A stretch of 64,000 bases of DNA from Octopus bimaculoides (taxonomy: Eukaryota), in the NCBI RefSeq assembly GCF_001194135.2, contig NC_068994.1, positions 16,906,947 through 16,970,946 on the forward strand, given 5' to 3'. How positions within the stretch are numbered: position 1 is the stretch's first letter; every line of letters starts with the position of its first letter. Made by a program: the position numbers and the translations under genes. Of the stretch, positions 48,851-61,594 are shown one piece after another. The notes under the pieces are model-generated. The model was not told the origin of the DNA. It saw only the letters and a list, made by a program, of their open reading frames with translations, and searched no databases.

Positions 48851-49028
48851 TGTGTATGTATGTATGCATGTATGTATGTATTTATGTATGCATGTATGTA
48901 TGTATTTATTTATGTATGTATGTATGTATGTATGTATGTATGTGTGTAACCATACATGTGTGTACCTATACCTGCCCATGTTCAAACCATCCAATCCAAC
49001 CCAACATAGAAAAGGAGACATTAAATGA

Positions 49029-49072
<44 letters not shown>

Positions 49073-50281
49073 CATCAATAAACATGTAATAAACAGCTTA
49101 TATCTTGAATCCCAGTGTGGATTACAGGCTGGGAGAGGCACAGGTGACATGATTTTTGCCCTCCAATGAGTTCCAGAGAAAGCGCATGAACAAAATACAC
49201 GATGGTATCAAGAAGTTCCAGGATTACTTATGTTTAATAAAAAAATAACTTTTTTTCCTATGTTTTAGCATCATTTCTTTCAAAATAGCCATCTTGCATT
49301 TAAATTCACCAGTCCCAACATTCCTGCCACTTTTGGAATCCGGCCTAGAAGTCAGTTTCTGTAAGTGAGTCAAGGACCTTCTGTGATTCACTCTTGATTT
49401 TGACAACGGTATTAAAACAGTGGCTTTTGAGTTGCATTTTCATCTTGGGGAGGAGATGGAAGTCTTCAGGTGGTAAACCTGGCGAATAGGGGGTGTGTGC
49501 AGAAGTAAGTGCACATTGTTTTTGGCAAGAAACTCACAAGTGAGAATAGTTTGGTGACATTGTGAAGAATCCATTTCTTAACAGTTCAGTAAATCGAGCT
49601 GTCAGCAGGCAATATTAGATGAAATGAGTCAGTTCTATAAGTTGTTTAAACCCAGTTGTGAAGACATGTGACTTAGTGATTAGGATATTCAGTCCACAAT
49701 CATAAGGTCATGAGTTTGATTCCCAGTGGCACATTGTGTCCTTGAGCAAGATACTTTATTTCATGTTGCTCTACTTAACTCACCTGGCAAAAATGAGTAG
49801 TGTCTGTATGTCAAAGGGCAAGCCCTGTCACATTCTCTGTCACGCTGAATCTCCCTGAGAACTACATTAAGGGCACTCATGTCTGTGGAGTGCTCAGCCA
49901 CTTGCACATTAATTTCATAAGCAAGCTGTTCCACTGATCAGATCAATTGGAACCCTCATCATAACTAACAGTTTTGTTAGCTTATTGTGATGAATTCAGC
50001 TTCTGCTATGATTTTGGATCATAAAAGAAATTCTAGCAATAAAGGCTACTATCAAGTCTGTCCTTTCCACACAAGTGTGAACTCAAATAGGAGGGGAATT
50101 GACCCTCTACTAGTGACAGGATTTGAACTGTCTACTCTTCAGTGTGTGCTCTGACTCTCTGGCAACTAAAATATCTGCTTTAACTCTTATAATGCAATAT
50201 ATACTACAATACTTTATCTGTTCCAATGTTTTATTTGTTTCATCAACTGTCACTAAATATTGTACTTTCTTCTTTCTTTAG

Positions 50282-50398
50282 GCCTTCCTCATTCCTCTAG
50301 AAGTTGAGAATTTTCCCCTGATTGAAAGGTCAAAAGAAGAACTGGAGCTACTGCAAAGGGTTGAGAACAAACGGAAAGTTGAGAAAATAGTTGATATG
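50282..50398 (+). CDS. CFAP43: CFAP43 exon; AFLIPLEVENFPLIERSKEELELLQRVENKRKVEKIVDM
   Basis: Acceptor ttctttag, donor G|GTTTGT. Match to human [27 protein letters not shown]. Confidence 0.95.
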
Positions 50399-51849
50399 GT
50401 TTGTAATATGTCATTGTTTATTTCTTTCTTTACTTATTAAACTGAGGACGGGAATGGAGTAGTTATAGAAGAGGATGGGGTACATTTAAGAGTTTACTAG
50501 TGAATCTGGTTACATAGAATAAATTCAAATGTTGATTGAGAATACAGAGATAGCACTAATATAGATTCATAAATTAACTAAAGACAGTAGAATGTAGTTG
50601 AATAGGGCAACAAGTTCTTGTGAACATATTTAGTTGCTCTGCTCAACAATTACTGTAACATTTTGGTCAAAGACACAAAAGGAGTATACGAGGAGGCACC
50701 GAAAAGTTCCTGGCTTTAAGGGTATCACGAAAGGTCTGGTTGGAGGGCCAGTCTTCTGAGTTCTTTTACAGAGCTTAGAAAAACTGAAGGATCACTGCAA
50801 TAAGTGCATGAATCTGAGGGGGGTATATGTTGAATAAAATCATAATTAACTGATCCTCCTGTATTCTTTTATCCAAAGCCAGGAACCTTTCAGATAGAGC
50901 CATAGTCTTCCTACTTCATGGAACAAAACTAGTTTTGAGAATTGAGAAAGTTAAAGTATTCCAGTCACACTGTTTTCATATCTGTTAAGGACTCTGTTCT
51001 ATGGAAGTTAGGGACAACACTTGGATTAATAAGATTGAAGAGGGTCTTTGATGGATTTGAATCTCAGCTGAAAGAGTATTGAGGTTTAGAAGAGTTAGAA
51101 GGAAATTAATATTGATTGCAAATTTTGGCACAAGGCCAGTAATTTTGGGGAAGGAGGTAAGTTGAATACATCAACCCTAGTGTTCAATCTATTTTATTGA
51201 CCCTGAAATGATGAAAGGCAAATTCAACCTTGGCAGAATTTGAACTCGGAACATAAAGACAGATGAAATGTTGCTAAGCATTTTTCCCAGCAGGCTAATG
51301 ATTCTGCCAGCTTACTGTCTTAGAAGGAAATTAATATTATCAGTTTCATGGGCCAAGTGTAGATAGAAGTGGATGCTGTTTGAAAAATCTGAGCTCTGCA
51401 GAATTTTACAAGTTTTCTCATACAAGACTGCTTTGGTTGGAATAATCACTAATCACTTTAAATCTGTGGTTGAAGAAGAAAAACAAAATAATGGAACCTG
51501 TTTTGGTAGATAAAAATGTATAAAATGATTAGTTAGTAATTAGTCTATGAATGACATAGATGACTAACTGTTAGAGTTAGCTTCCCAATCCTTATAGGGT
51601 TGACTTAGCTTGTCATTCTTGCAGGGCCAATAAAATAGAATCAGTTAAATACTTAGATAAATGCAATTGACTATATTCTTTATAAAAATTAAAGAATATC
51701 TTTTCTATAAAATTTTGATCTCATTATATCACAAATCAAAATTGTAATAAATGTAATAAAGTATTTACCATCAGTGTAAAGAGCAGGAGCATTCTATAAT
51801 TAATGAGTGTTTCATTGACTTGTATGCTAAATTTAAAATTATCAAGTGA

Positions 51850-52200
51850 ACAAACCAGTGGTAGACTGGCATTGAAATCAAGGAAGAAATGTAACCTTCA
51901 GAAGTTTACACTGGAAAAAATTTCAGTAGACGCATCACTGACTGTACAACCTTACAATTCAGAAATAAGAGTAACGCCTATTTTTCCCCTTCAATTGCTA
52001 AGTAGAATGGTAGGACATAACTCTTTCTTCAAGAGCCACAGTCAGGTGAATTGGACCACTAACCTAAGAGTAGCTGGTTCATGTTCTGACATTGGCACTG
52101 AACTGCTCTGTAATACATATGTTGCAGGTAGTTGACTCAATACCCCTAGTTATAAGCTAGCATCACTGTGAGTATTTTATTAGTCTGCAGTCATGGCTTC
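51850..52200 (-). mobile_element. Possible RTE APE remnant
   Basis: Frameshifted ERVM...VTLIS...FLDFNA on the minus strand. Confidence 0.4.
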
Positions 52201-52365
52201 AATTCCTCCTCTGGGTATAGTCTTTGAGAGAGAGTGGTGTCTCTATGGTTCAATATATTACAAATCCTTATTTACCTACCTTTGCACTGAAAACCTCTTT
52301 AACATTTGTCTACTCTGAACATATAACAATTATAATAATGGCTTCTTTCTTCTCTATGTTCATAG

Positions 52366-52416
52366 TTTAACCAAGAGATATTTGAATTAATATCCAGAGC
52401 TAGTGGTTCACAAAGT
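52366..52416 (+). CDS. CFAP43: CFAP43 exon; FNQEIFELISRASGSQS
   Basis: Pyrimidine tract and catag acceptor, donor GTAAGT, phase 0/0. Weak similarity to human LRKEIVEAQSG. Confidence 0.7.
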
Positions 52417-54353
52417 GTAAGTTGTTCTATGACTTTCTAATTAACATTTAATAACTCTTTTCATCAAGCTTAAATCGAAACTGAAAGTAGCAAAATCTAA
52501 TTCACTTTCATTCTTTATGATTTAATCTTTCATCTGCCTTCTGGTTTCAAAAACTATTAAAATTGTTAGCTACTATAAAAATACTTTTGAATGAGAAAGG
52601 AAACGGTGATAGATGAATAAGGAAGGAAGTGGGGATGGTGAACATTCAACGCTGAAAAGAAAAATCAAACAGCATTTCAACTCTGTGCGAGTATATGTGT
52701 GTATGCGTGTGCATGTACAAGGGAAGTATGTGAATGTATGTGAATATTGACAAGTGTATTAATTTGATTTATCATCCATATTTATACATAAAATACTACA
52801 ATTAGCCATCATTTTTGATGGGTTGGGATCAGTTAGTTTTCAATATTGGGTAACTTTGAGTAAGCCAAGGTCTTGTTGGTTATGAATTATCAGTAATGTT
52901 TCTATAACTTATATATATATACATATATATACAACTATATATATACATATATATATATACATATATATATATATNNNNNNNNNNNNNNNNNNNNNNNNNN
53001 NNNNNNNNNNNNNNNNNNNNNNNNNNNNNNNNNNNNNNNNNNNNNNNNNNNNNNNNNNNNNNNNNNNNNNNNNNNNNNNNNNNNNNNNNNNNNNNNNNNN
53101 NNNNNNNNNNNNNNNNNNNNNNNNNNNNNNNNNNNNNNNNNNNNNNNNNNNNNNNNNNNNNNNNNNNNNNNNNNNNNNNNNNNNNNNNNNNNNNNNNNNN
53201 NNNNNNNNNNNNNNNNNNNNNNNNNNNNNNNNNNNNNNNNNNNNNNNNNNNNNNNNNNNNNNNNNNNNNNNNNNNNNNNNNNNNNNNNNNNNNNNNNNNN
53301 NNNNNNNNNNNNNNNNNNNNNNNNNNNNNNNNNNNNNNNNNNNNNNNNNNNNNNNNNNNNNNNNNNNNNNNNNNNNNNNNNNNNNNNNNNNNNNNNNNNN
53401 NNNNNNNNNNNNNNNNNNNNNNNNNNNNNNNNNNNNNNNNNNNNNNNNNNNNNNNNNNNNNNNNNNNNNNNNNNNNNNNNNNNNNNNNNNNNNNNNNNNN
53501 NNNNNNNNNNNNNNNNNNNNNNNNNNNNNNNNNNNNNNNNNNNNNNNNNNNNNNNNNNNNNNNNNNATATGTATTTATGCATATGTTGACAATATATGTA
53601 TATATGTTGTCAATTGTGGAGCACAACTGTCACTACATAAACCTGATGATTGCATAATGCATGAAAGTACTAGTTTATTTCAATCTAAAATTGTAAAAAT
53701 TGCAAGTAATAAAATGTGAGTCACACTTAGTTGGAATTTCATTGATTAATATATTCTTCTGTACACAATAGGCACAGGAATGGCTGTGTGGTAAGTAGCT
53801 TGCTTACCAACCACATGGTTCTGGGTTCATTCCCACTGTGTGGCACCTTGGGCAAGTGTCTTGTACTATAGCTTCGGGCCGACCAAAGCCTTGTGAGTGG
53901 ATTTGGTAGATAGAAACTGAAAGAAGCCCGTCGTATATATGTGTGTATATATATATATGTGTGTGTGTATATATNNNNNNNNNNNNNNNNNNNNNNNNNN
54001 NNNNNNNNNNNNNNNNNNNNNNNNNNNNNNNNNNNNNNNNNNNNNNNNNNNNNNNNNNNNNNNNNNNNNNNNNNNNNNNNNNNNNNNNNNNNNNNNNNNN
54101 NNNNNNNNNNNNNNNNNNNNNNNNNNNNNNNNNNNNNNNNNNNNNNNNNNNNNNNNNNNNNNNNNNNNNNNNNNNNNNNNNNNNNNNNNNNNNNNNNNNN
54201 NNNNNNNNNNNNNNNNNNNNNNNNNNNNNNNNNNNNNNNNNNNNNNNNNNNNNNNNNNNNNNNNNNNNNNNNNNNNNNNNNNNNNNNNNNNNNNNNNNNN
54301 NNNNNNNNNNNNNNNNNNNNNNNNNNNNNNNNNNNNNNNNNNNNNNNNNNNNN

Positions 54354-54391
<38 letters not shown>

Positions 54392-54607
54392 CATGTGTGT
54401 GTGTGTGTGTAAATTAATACATTAGAAAGTGAATTTCTCAACCATGCAGTCATACCTGCATTTACTAACGTGTGTGTGAATATGTGTATATATACACATA
54501 TCTACCCGCATAATTCCCTCTTTTTGTATATATGTTTGTATATATAAGTGTGTATATATGTATGTATGCTTGTATATAAAATATCTTTCTGTTTATTATG
54601 CTTCCAG

Positions 54608-54646
54608 GTAGATATGCTTGGTTCAATAGAAAGTATGCAAGATGAG
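54608..54646 (+). CDS. CFAP43: Tentative CFAP43 micro-exon; VDMLGSIESMQDE
   Basis: Acceptor cttccag, phase 0/0 compatible, weaker donor GAG|GTGAAG. No recognisable homology. Confidence 0.4.
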
Positions 54647-54757
54647 GTGAAGCTGTTTATTGGAAATATATCATATTTTGTTCATGTTATATTTTATTTT
54701 TAAATATTTTATTTCATAGTTCTTTTTTAACAACAAAACAAATATGACTAGAAAAGT

Positions 54758-54788
<31 letters not shown>

Positions 54789-55014
54789 CCTATTGTTATT
54801 GTTGCTTTTATTATTGTTATTATTGAGTATCTTATACTATGATTTTATACGATAAAATCATAGTATTAAACTTTATTGAACAATTCTTATATTATTTAGT
54901 TTACCAATTGACATACAAACCCAATATATGTGTATGCATGCGAACATATATCCATGCATCTATGCAATTATACACACACACACACACACACACACACGCT
55001 CACACACACACACA

Positions 55015-55867
55015 CAAGGTGGATGAAAAATAAATAGGCATTAGAAATATTCCTTTTACAAATTTATTGAAGCAAATGATACATGTTCTTTATTACATGG
55101 GAAAATGAAGGTAAATCTTCATATCTCAACGTAAGCACCGGTGGCGTCAACCAGTTTCCTCAAGTGACCAGGGATGGAATGAACAACATTCTGAAGGACG
55201 TCGTCTAGGATATCATTGAGAACCTCCTGAATCTGTGTCTCCAAGTCCTCCAGTGTGTGAGGTTTTGTCTTGTACACCTTTTTTGTGTAACCCCACAGGC
55301 AAAAATCACATGGAGTGAGATCTGGACTTCTTGGAGTTCTGGACTACTGGACTTCTGCGGTCATGGTCTTCAGATTTTAACTCCTGCACGGATGAAAATT
55401 CAATTCTTTATGCAACACCATATGTATTGTATATCTTGTTAGTCCACTTTCATGAGTTGCTTGATGTGTTGATGTTTGCGGGCTGTGATTAAACATTTCC
55501 TGCACTGTTGCCATGTTCTCCACTGATTGGGAATGTGGTTGGACGGCCACTTCTTCTTCCATTGTTCACAGAGCCTGTAGTCATCAGCTTTGCATCACAA
55601 CTTTTTATTGTCTCCGGACGTAATGTTGATGCTTACCTTTTCATGCACACCACCATCTCTGAACCCAAACAATGGAAATCCACACGTCATAGTGTGCTGC
55701 TATCTTAGCTCACTCCTGACTGACCATCTGGAAAATAATAAATAAGACAAGAAGAAAATAAGAAATCCCCATCAGTGTTGTCAGTTTAAAAAATGTTTTC
55801 GTCATGACTTCAGTGATACTAAAAATTCTATAAGCAATTTCTAATGCCTAGTTACTTTCCACCCACC

Positions 55868-55870
<3 letters not shown>
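55015..55870 (-). mobile_element. Internally deleted Tc1/mariner (rosa/DD41D-like) with both TIRs
   Basis: TA|CAGGGTGGGTGGAAAGTAAC at the right end and degenerate CAAGGTGGATGAAAAATAA at the left; PRSPDLTPCDFCLWGY..KVYKTKP. Confidence 0.85.
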
Positions 55871-55931
<61 letters not shown>

Positions 55932-57688
55932 ATAGTTTTAGGGAAAAGAACCAAGGTTCATGAACTCATCGATGAAACTTAATTTCATTTTAATTTTTAA
56001 TAAATTGACTTTAATTGAGTTTTTACCTGTAATTTTGGACTTTTGCCCCTGATATTATATGATGATGATGATGATGATGATATGTGCAGATTCGTATGTT
56101 TTGTTTTATGCATGTTTTCTCATGCATATACTTGCATATCTAGACATGTTCATGTATACTTAAATGATAAACTTCTGGAAATATATATATATATACATAT
56201 ACCAACATCAGGATCAACTTCATGCAAGCCTGAAGGCATGCTGGCAAAATGCTGCTTCTCTAAATGGAAACCTTACCTGTCATTGTGGTTTTGTGTCATG
56301 AAGCAAAGCAGGCCTTGCCATCCACTCAAGAAAACACAAAGTAAATGATGCAAGCAACTGAGTCCTCATTTGTCACATGGTTTTCAAGGCCCCAGCAGGC
56401 CTCAAGAGACACAGCTGTGTTCATAGGACATGATTACCACCTTATTTTACTGAACCCTCATTGGTTGTTCATGATGAGAGAATCCATCATATGTGTGTAT
56501 GTATGTCATTATTCAATTTTATTTCAAGATTTCTTGCCAATAAATAAAGAGCTGGTTTCTAACCTAGATCCAAGGCTCTTTCATTGGAATTTCAACAACA
56601 TCAACAGGGTATTTATTTGGCGTTAGGAAGGGCATCCAGCTGTAGAAACTCTGCCAAATCAGACTGGAGCCTGGTGTTGCCATCCGGTTTCACCAGTCCT
56701 CAGTCAAATCGTCCAACCCATGCTAGCATGGAAAGCGGACGTTAAACGATGATGATGATGATGATGATGATATGTGCAGATTCGTATGTTTTGTTTTATG
56801 CATGTTTTCTCATGCATATACTTGCATATCTAGACATGTTCATGTATACTTAAATGATAAACTTCTGGAAATAATAATAATAATCCTTTCTACTATAGGC
56901 ACAAGGTGTGTATGTATGTATACATGTGTAATATGTATACATATGAGTATATATTAAGGAAATGAAGGTAGTCTAGATTTGAACAGAAACTATTATTTAG
57001 TGCTTTTGTACCTTTCAGGGATTCATCATGAATGATTTCTTATTAAAAAAATTCATACTTTTATATATATGTGAGGCAGTTAATAAAAAATCTGGAATTG
57101 AATTTAACACACACACACACGCACACACACACACACACATGCATACACATACACATGCTTGTGCATACATGCCCCCCACTCACTCACACACACATACACA
57201 CACACACAGCTTTTTATGCTTAAGTTGAAATTATGTTCTGGTGAACTTTGCTTTTCATCCCTCCAGGGTCAGTAAAATAAAATACCTTCCAAGTACTGAC
57301 TGTGGTTGATAGTTTCAACTAATCTGGTTTCTTATTTTGTGCCAAAATAAGAAGCCATAGCAGAATCATTTGCACACTGAGCAAAATACTTTGCAGCATT
57401 TCTTCTGGTTCAAATCACACCAAGGTTGATTTTTACCTTTCATTCTTTTGAAGTTGATAAAAAGTTAGTACCAGCTCAGCTCTAAAATCTATGTGATTAA
57501 CTTCCCCCCACCAACCACCACCACCATCACCACCAGTGCCACCACAATCTCTGGCCTTGAGCCAATAGTAGAAAGAATTATTATTATTATTATTATTATT
57601 ATTATTTTAAAAAGGATTAATTTAACTCTTGACAAAGGTAAACAGTCAAGACGAAGAGCGCGATTCGATTGTATAGATGTTTTATTCG

Positions 57689-57731
57689 TTGAACAATATT
57701 TCAACAGCACGTCTGTCTTTGTCAAGTTCAA
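57689..57731 (-). ncRNA. Minimal type I hammerhead-like ribozyme, U3-A8 core variant
   Basis: Minus strand reads TTGAAC-TTGACAA-A-GACAG-ACGTG-CTGTT-GAAA-TATT^GTTCAA: 6-bp stem I, 5-bp stem II, palindromic ATAT stem III. Confidence 0.65.
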
Positions 57732-57759
57732 AATAAGAAGTGATAAAAATTCAAAATTA

Positions 57760-58135
57760 TAGTGGCTGACAATATGTGCATCTCTGATCATGAGCAGAAG
57801 TAGTTGGAGAGCATCATAGCCATATGTTGGGAGGAATTCTTTGGGGTTTGGATAATTCACCTCTGGAAACATCGGTGTTTCATTCAACATCCTTAAACAA
57901 CCCTTATTCAGGGACCTTTTGAGCAGGATGGCTACTCGACCTGAAGAAAATTCCAACTGGGCCCCATCTGCAAGGTCATGCACTGTTAATCTTGATATGA
58001 GATCACCATATTGTGCACATATGGTTGTGATGCATGTGCATGGTGTACCCTATCAGATAGGTGGTCAAGATGGGTAAACTGGGCTTCGTATATTTTACCC
58101 CAGTGTCACTTTGATGGCATGCACTGTTCTCTCTC
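57760..58135 (+). mobile_element. Interspersed repeat (probable SINE body); reverse partial copy at about 14695-14865
   Basis: Shared tagtggctga...tgatca(c/t)gagcagaagtag...gagcatcatagcc segment. Confidence 0.55.
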
Positions 58136-59774
58136 TCAATAATAATAATACTCCTTTCTATTATAGACACAAGGCCTGAAATTCGAGGGAGGGGGGGATA
58201 GTCAATTACACCAACCCCAGTACTCAACTGGTACTTAATTCATTGACCTTGAAAGAATAAAAGGCAAAGTCAACCTCAGCGGAATTTGAACTCAGAACAT
58301 AAAGTCGGAACATAAAGTCGGAAGAAATACTGTGAAGCATTTTGCTTGGCATGCTAACGATTCTTCAAACATGAAATTTAAAATAATTATTTTGTCTTTA
58401 TTCCTGGACCCAGTTTTCAGAAATTTTCTCTCATTATTTTTTTTTAATTGTATACTATAAGAAAAATATACAAAATCAAAAACTTGGAATATTTCAATCA
58501 TTGATGGCAAACTTTTTTTAACCACACATGTCAAAATTTTAATTTCTTTAATAATCCTTGTTATTGAGTGAGTGTTGTGTACATGTATACATGTATTTTA
58601 GTCTTAGATAATGCTTATAGATAATCTTTTTTATAACATTACGTTTATGAATTTGTTTTGCAAAATTCCTAATGTGAAATCTTGTATTGAAGTAAATTTT
58701 ATTATATATAGGGATGGTCATTTTTCTTTTTTTTTTTGCCATATAGACACATGCACTCTGTATTCATTCTTTACTTCAGATTTACATTATTGTTGTTCTT
58801 CTATTATGTCCTATGTCTGGAAATCTTTTGTCACACATCCTATGACCTCTTCAGCAACTCTCTATCCTATGTGTCTCCTCCTGTCTCGTTTAGTCCAGAA
58901 GTGAATAACAAATATATAGTGCATGTGTTTATCTGGCAAAAAAGCAAAAACAAAAAAGTGACCATCCTAAAATGTAACAATACTTTTTATAACATGTTAT
59001 TTCAAAAGATTTCACACATCACCTAAAAACCTTGCAGCATGTCATAGGTTTGCAGTACTGATTTAGTAGTATTTTTATGTATTTACTCAAAATATGCTCT
59101 GATATGTATTCTTATTACCATGAACTTGGGAATTTGATTGGTTGTCTTAGGAGGACAAATCTGAAACTGAACACAGAAGTGAAAGCCAACTGGTATGTGG
59201 TTTGTTTTTCAAAGTGTCTCCTTTAGCACTGGTGAATGCTTTTTCTGCCTGTTCAATGTAAAGAAGTTTAGTCATGTATTGTAGTTCACAGAGTAGTAAA
59301 ATACATATTTGTTTTCTATCTCAGCACAAAACAACCAATTCTTGTCAGAGGATGTATGGTTAATTAGTCATTGAATTAACCCCCAATATATTACTGCTTT
59401 TTATCTTATTGACTGTTTTGAAGGAAATAAAGTAAAGTTGAGCTTCATAAGATTTTGAATTCAAAATGTTGGCTGATACTAAATCGTCAATCACCATCAT
59501 CATCAGCATCACCACCACCACACCACCTGTTCTATACACTTGCATGTCTTTAGCTGATTTTTTAAGTTGAAATCTTCAAAACTTTTTCTATGGTTTCTAC
59601 TTGACAATATCTGCTCTCCGCACCTACACCTAATAACAACATGTGATACTTTACAACATCGTCTCACTTGATCTTTTCTTTACTTCCAAACTAGAACATT
59701 ACTCCTGTCCCTCTGATCCCATCTGCTTATCCGAGAATAATGTTTTTCAACCTTCACCCTTGATACTGAAACCG

Positions 59775-59862
<88 letters not shown>

Positions 59863-60208
59863 TATATTGACTTCTTAAATGCCATTCATGTTTACTATTT
59901 TCTATTTTATCACTTTGTGACTTTGTGGTTAGGGTATTGCACTTATAATCATAAGATTATGTTTCAATTCCTAGACTGGGTGGTGTATAGTGTTCTTGAG
60001 TGAAACACTTTATCTCTTGTTGCTCTGCAGTCACTTTGACCCCTGACGCATGGTGCACTGTGCATCTGTTCAGGCAAGGTCAATTTGATGGAGAGAGTGA
60101 GCTAATGTGTGGCATGAACATTTGATCGCTATAAACAAATCATTTGTGCAGGTTGTTCAGCAGAAGCTGAACACTCATATGTTGTCTTCAATGAGAGAGT
60201 CCATTAAT

Positions 60209-61525
60209 TCATATAAAAAAATAACAAACTAATTGATCAATAATGTATTCACCCTTGTTATTTACAACTTCTTCCCAACATTCAACAAGATTTTCAATAC
60301 CTCGTTGGTAGAAATCACCTGATTTCGACTCGAAAAATTGATCCAACCAAGCTCTCAATTCTGCATCAGTATTGAACGAAACTCCGCACATAGCATTTGG
60401 AAGAGATCGAAAGAGGTGGAAATCTGTTAGTGCCAAATTAGGAGAGTACAACAGGTGTGGCAGCACTTCCCAGCGATGCATTTGAATGGCTTCCTTGGTC
60501 ATATTGGCGATATGAGGGTAGGCGTTGTCGTGCAGCAGAAGAACTCCATGCTGCCGATTAGGTCTTTTCTCTTGAATAGCCGTGTTGAGTCATTCCATCT
60601 GTTGAACATAGAGTTCCGCATTGACCATTTGGTACAAACAATTCGTAATGGATCATCCCTTCTCAGTCCCACCGTACGCACAACATCGTTTTACGCAGAT
60701 GAAGATATTGTTTCACGCATGGTGTCGCTTTTTTACTGGGGCTAAGCCATTCCATATGCTGCTTCATATTGATGTACAGGCACCATTTTTCGTTGCCGGT
60801 AATGATTCAGTAAAGAAACCGTTGCTTGTGTCCGTGAGTTGAGTGGTGTTGCGCAAGCAAACCAGCGGAGATTGTGCCTCGTTGATTTTTGTTGTTGTCA
60901 CTTAAAGCATGCAGAACCCATGCTCCATACTTCTGAACCTTTCCCATTGAGTGAAGATGCTTCTCTATAGCAGTGTGAGAGCATTCCATTTTCTCTGCCA
61001 GTTTCCTTGCCGTGTGACGAGACTTTTCATGCAAAAGATGGTTTAATTGCTCTTCATCAAACTCAACTGGACAGCCAGAACGAGGTGCATCTTTGAGGTC
61101 AAAATTCCCATTTTTGAACTTGGCATACCAATCACGAGTGGTTCTTTCAGCTATGGCACTGTCTCCATACACAGCACAAATGTCGCGAGCAGCTTTTGTG
61201 GCCTTAGAACCTTGATTNNNNNNNNNNNNNNNNNNNNNNNNNNNNNNNNNNNNNNNNNNNNNNNNNNNNNNNNNNNNNNNNNNNNNNNNNNNNNNNNNNN
61301 NNNNNNNNNNNNNNNNNNNNNNNNNNNNNNNNNNNNNNNNNNNNNNNNNNNNNNNNNNNNNNNNNNNNNNNNNNNNNNNNNNNNNNNNNNNNNNNNNNNN
61401 NNNNNNNNNNNNNNNNNNNNNNNNNNNNNNNNNNNNNNNNNNNNNNNNNNNNNNNNNNNNNNNNNNNNNNNNNNNNNNNNNAAATTCTAAAATTTAAAAA
61501 AATTGGCGGGAACTTAGTTGCCAAC

Positions 61526-61529
<4 letters not shown>
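60209..61529 (-). mobile_element. Near full-length mariner (DD34D) transposase pseudogene with 5' TIR; N-terminus partly in a gap
   Basis: WYAKFKNGNFDLKDAPRSG, IITGNEKW (first D changed to N), HDNA and YSPNLALTDFHLF; stops present. TIR TA|TTGGGTTGGCAACTAAGTT; 3' TIR not found. Confidence 0.93.
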
Positions 61530-61594
<65 letters not shown>

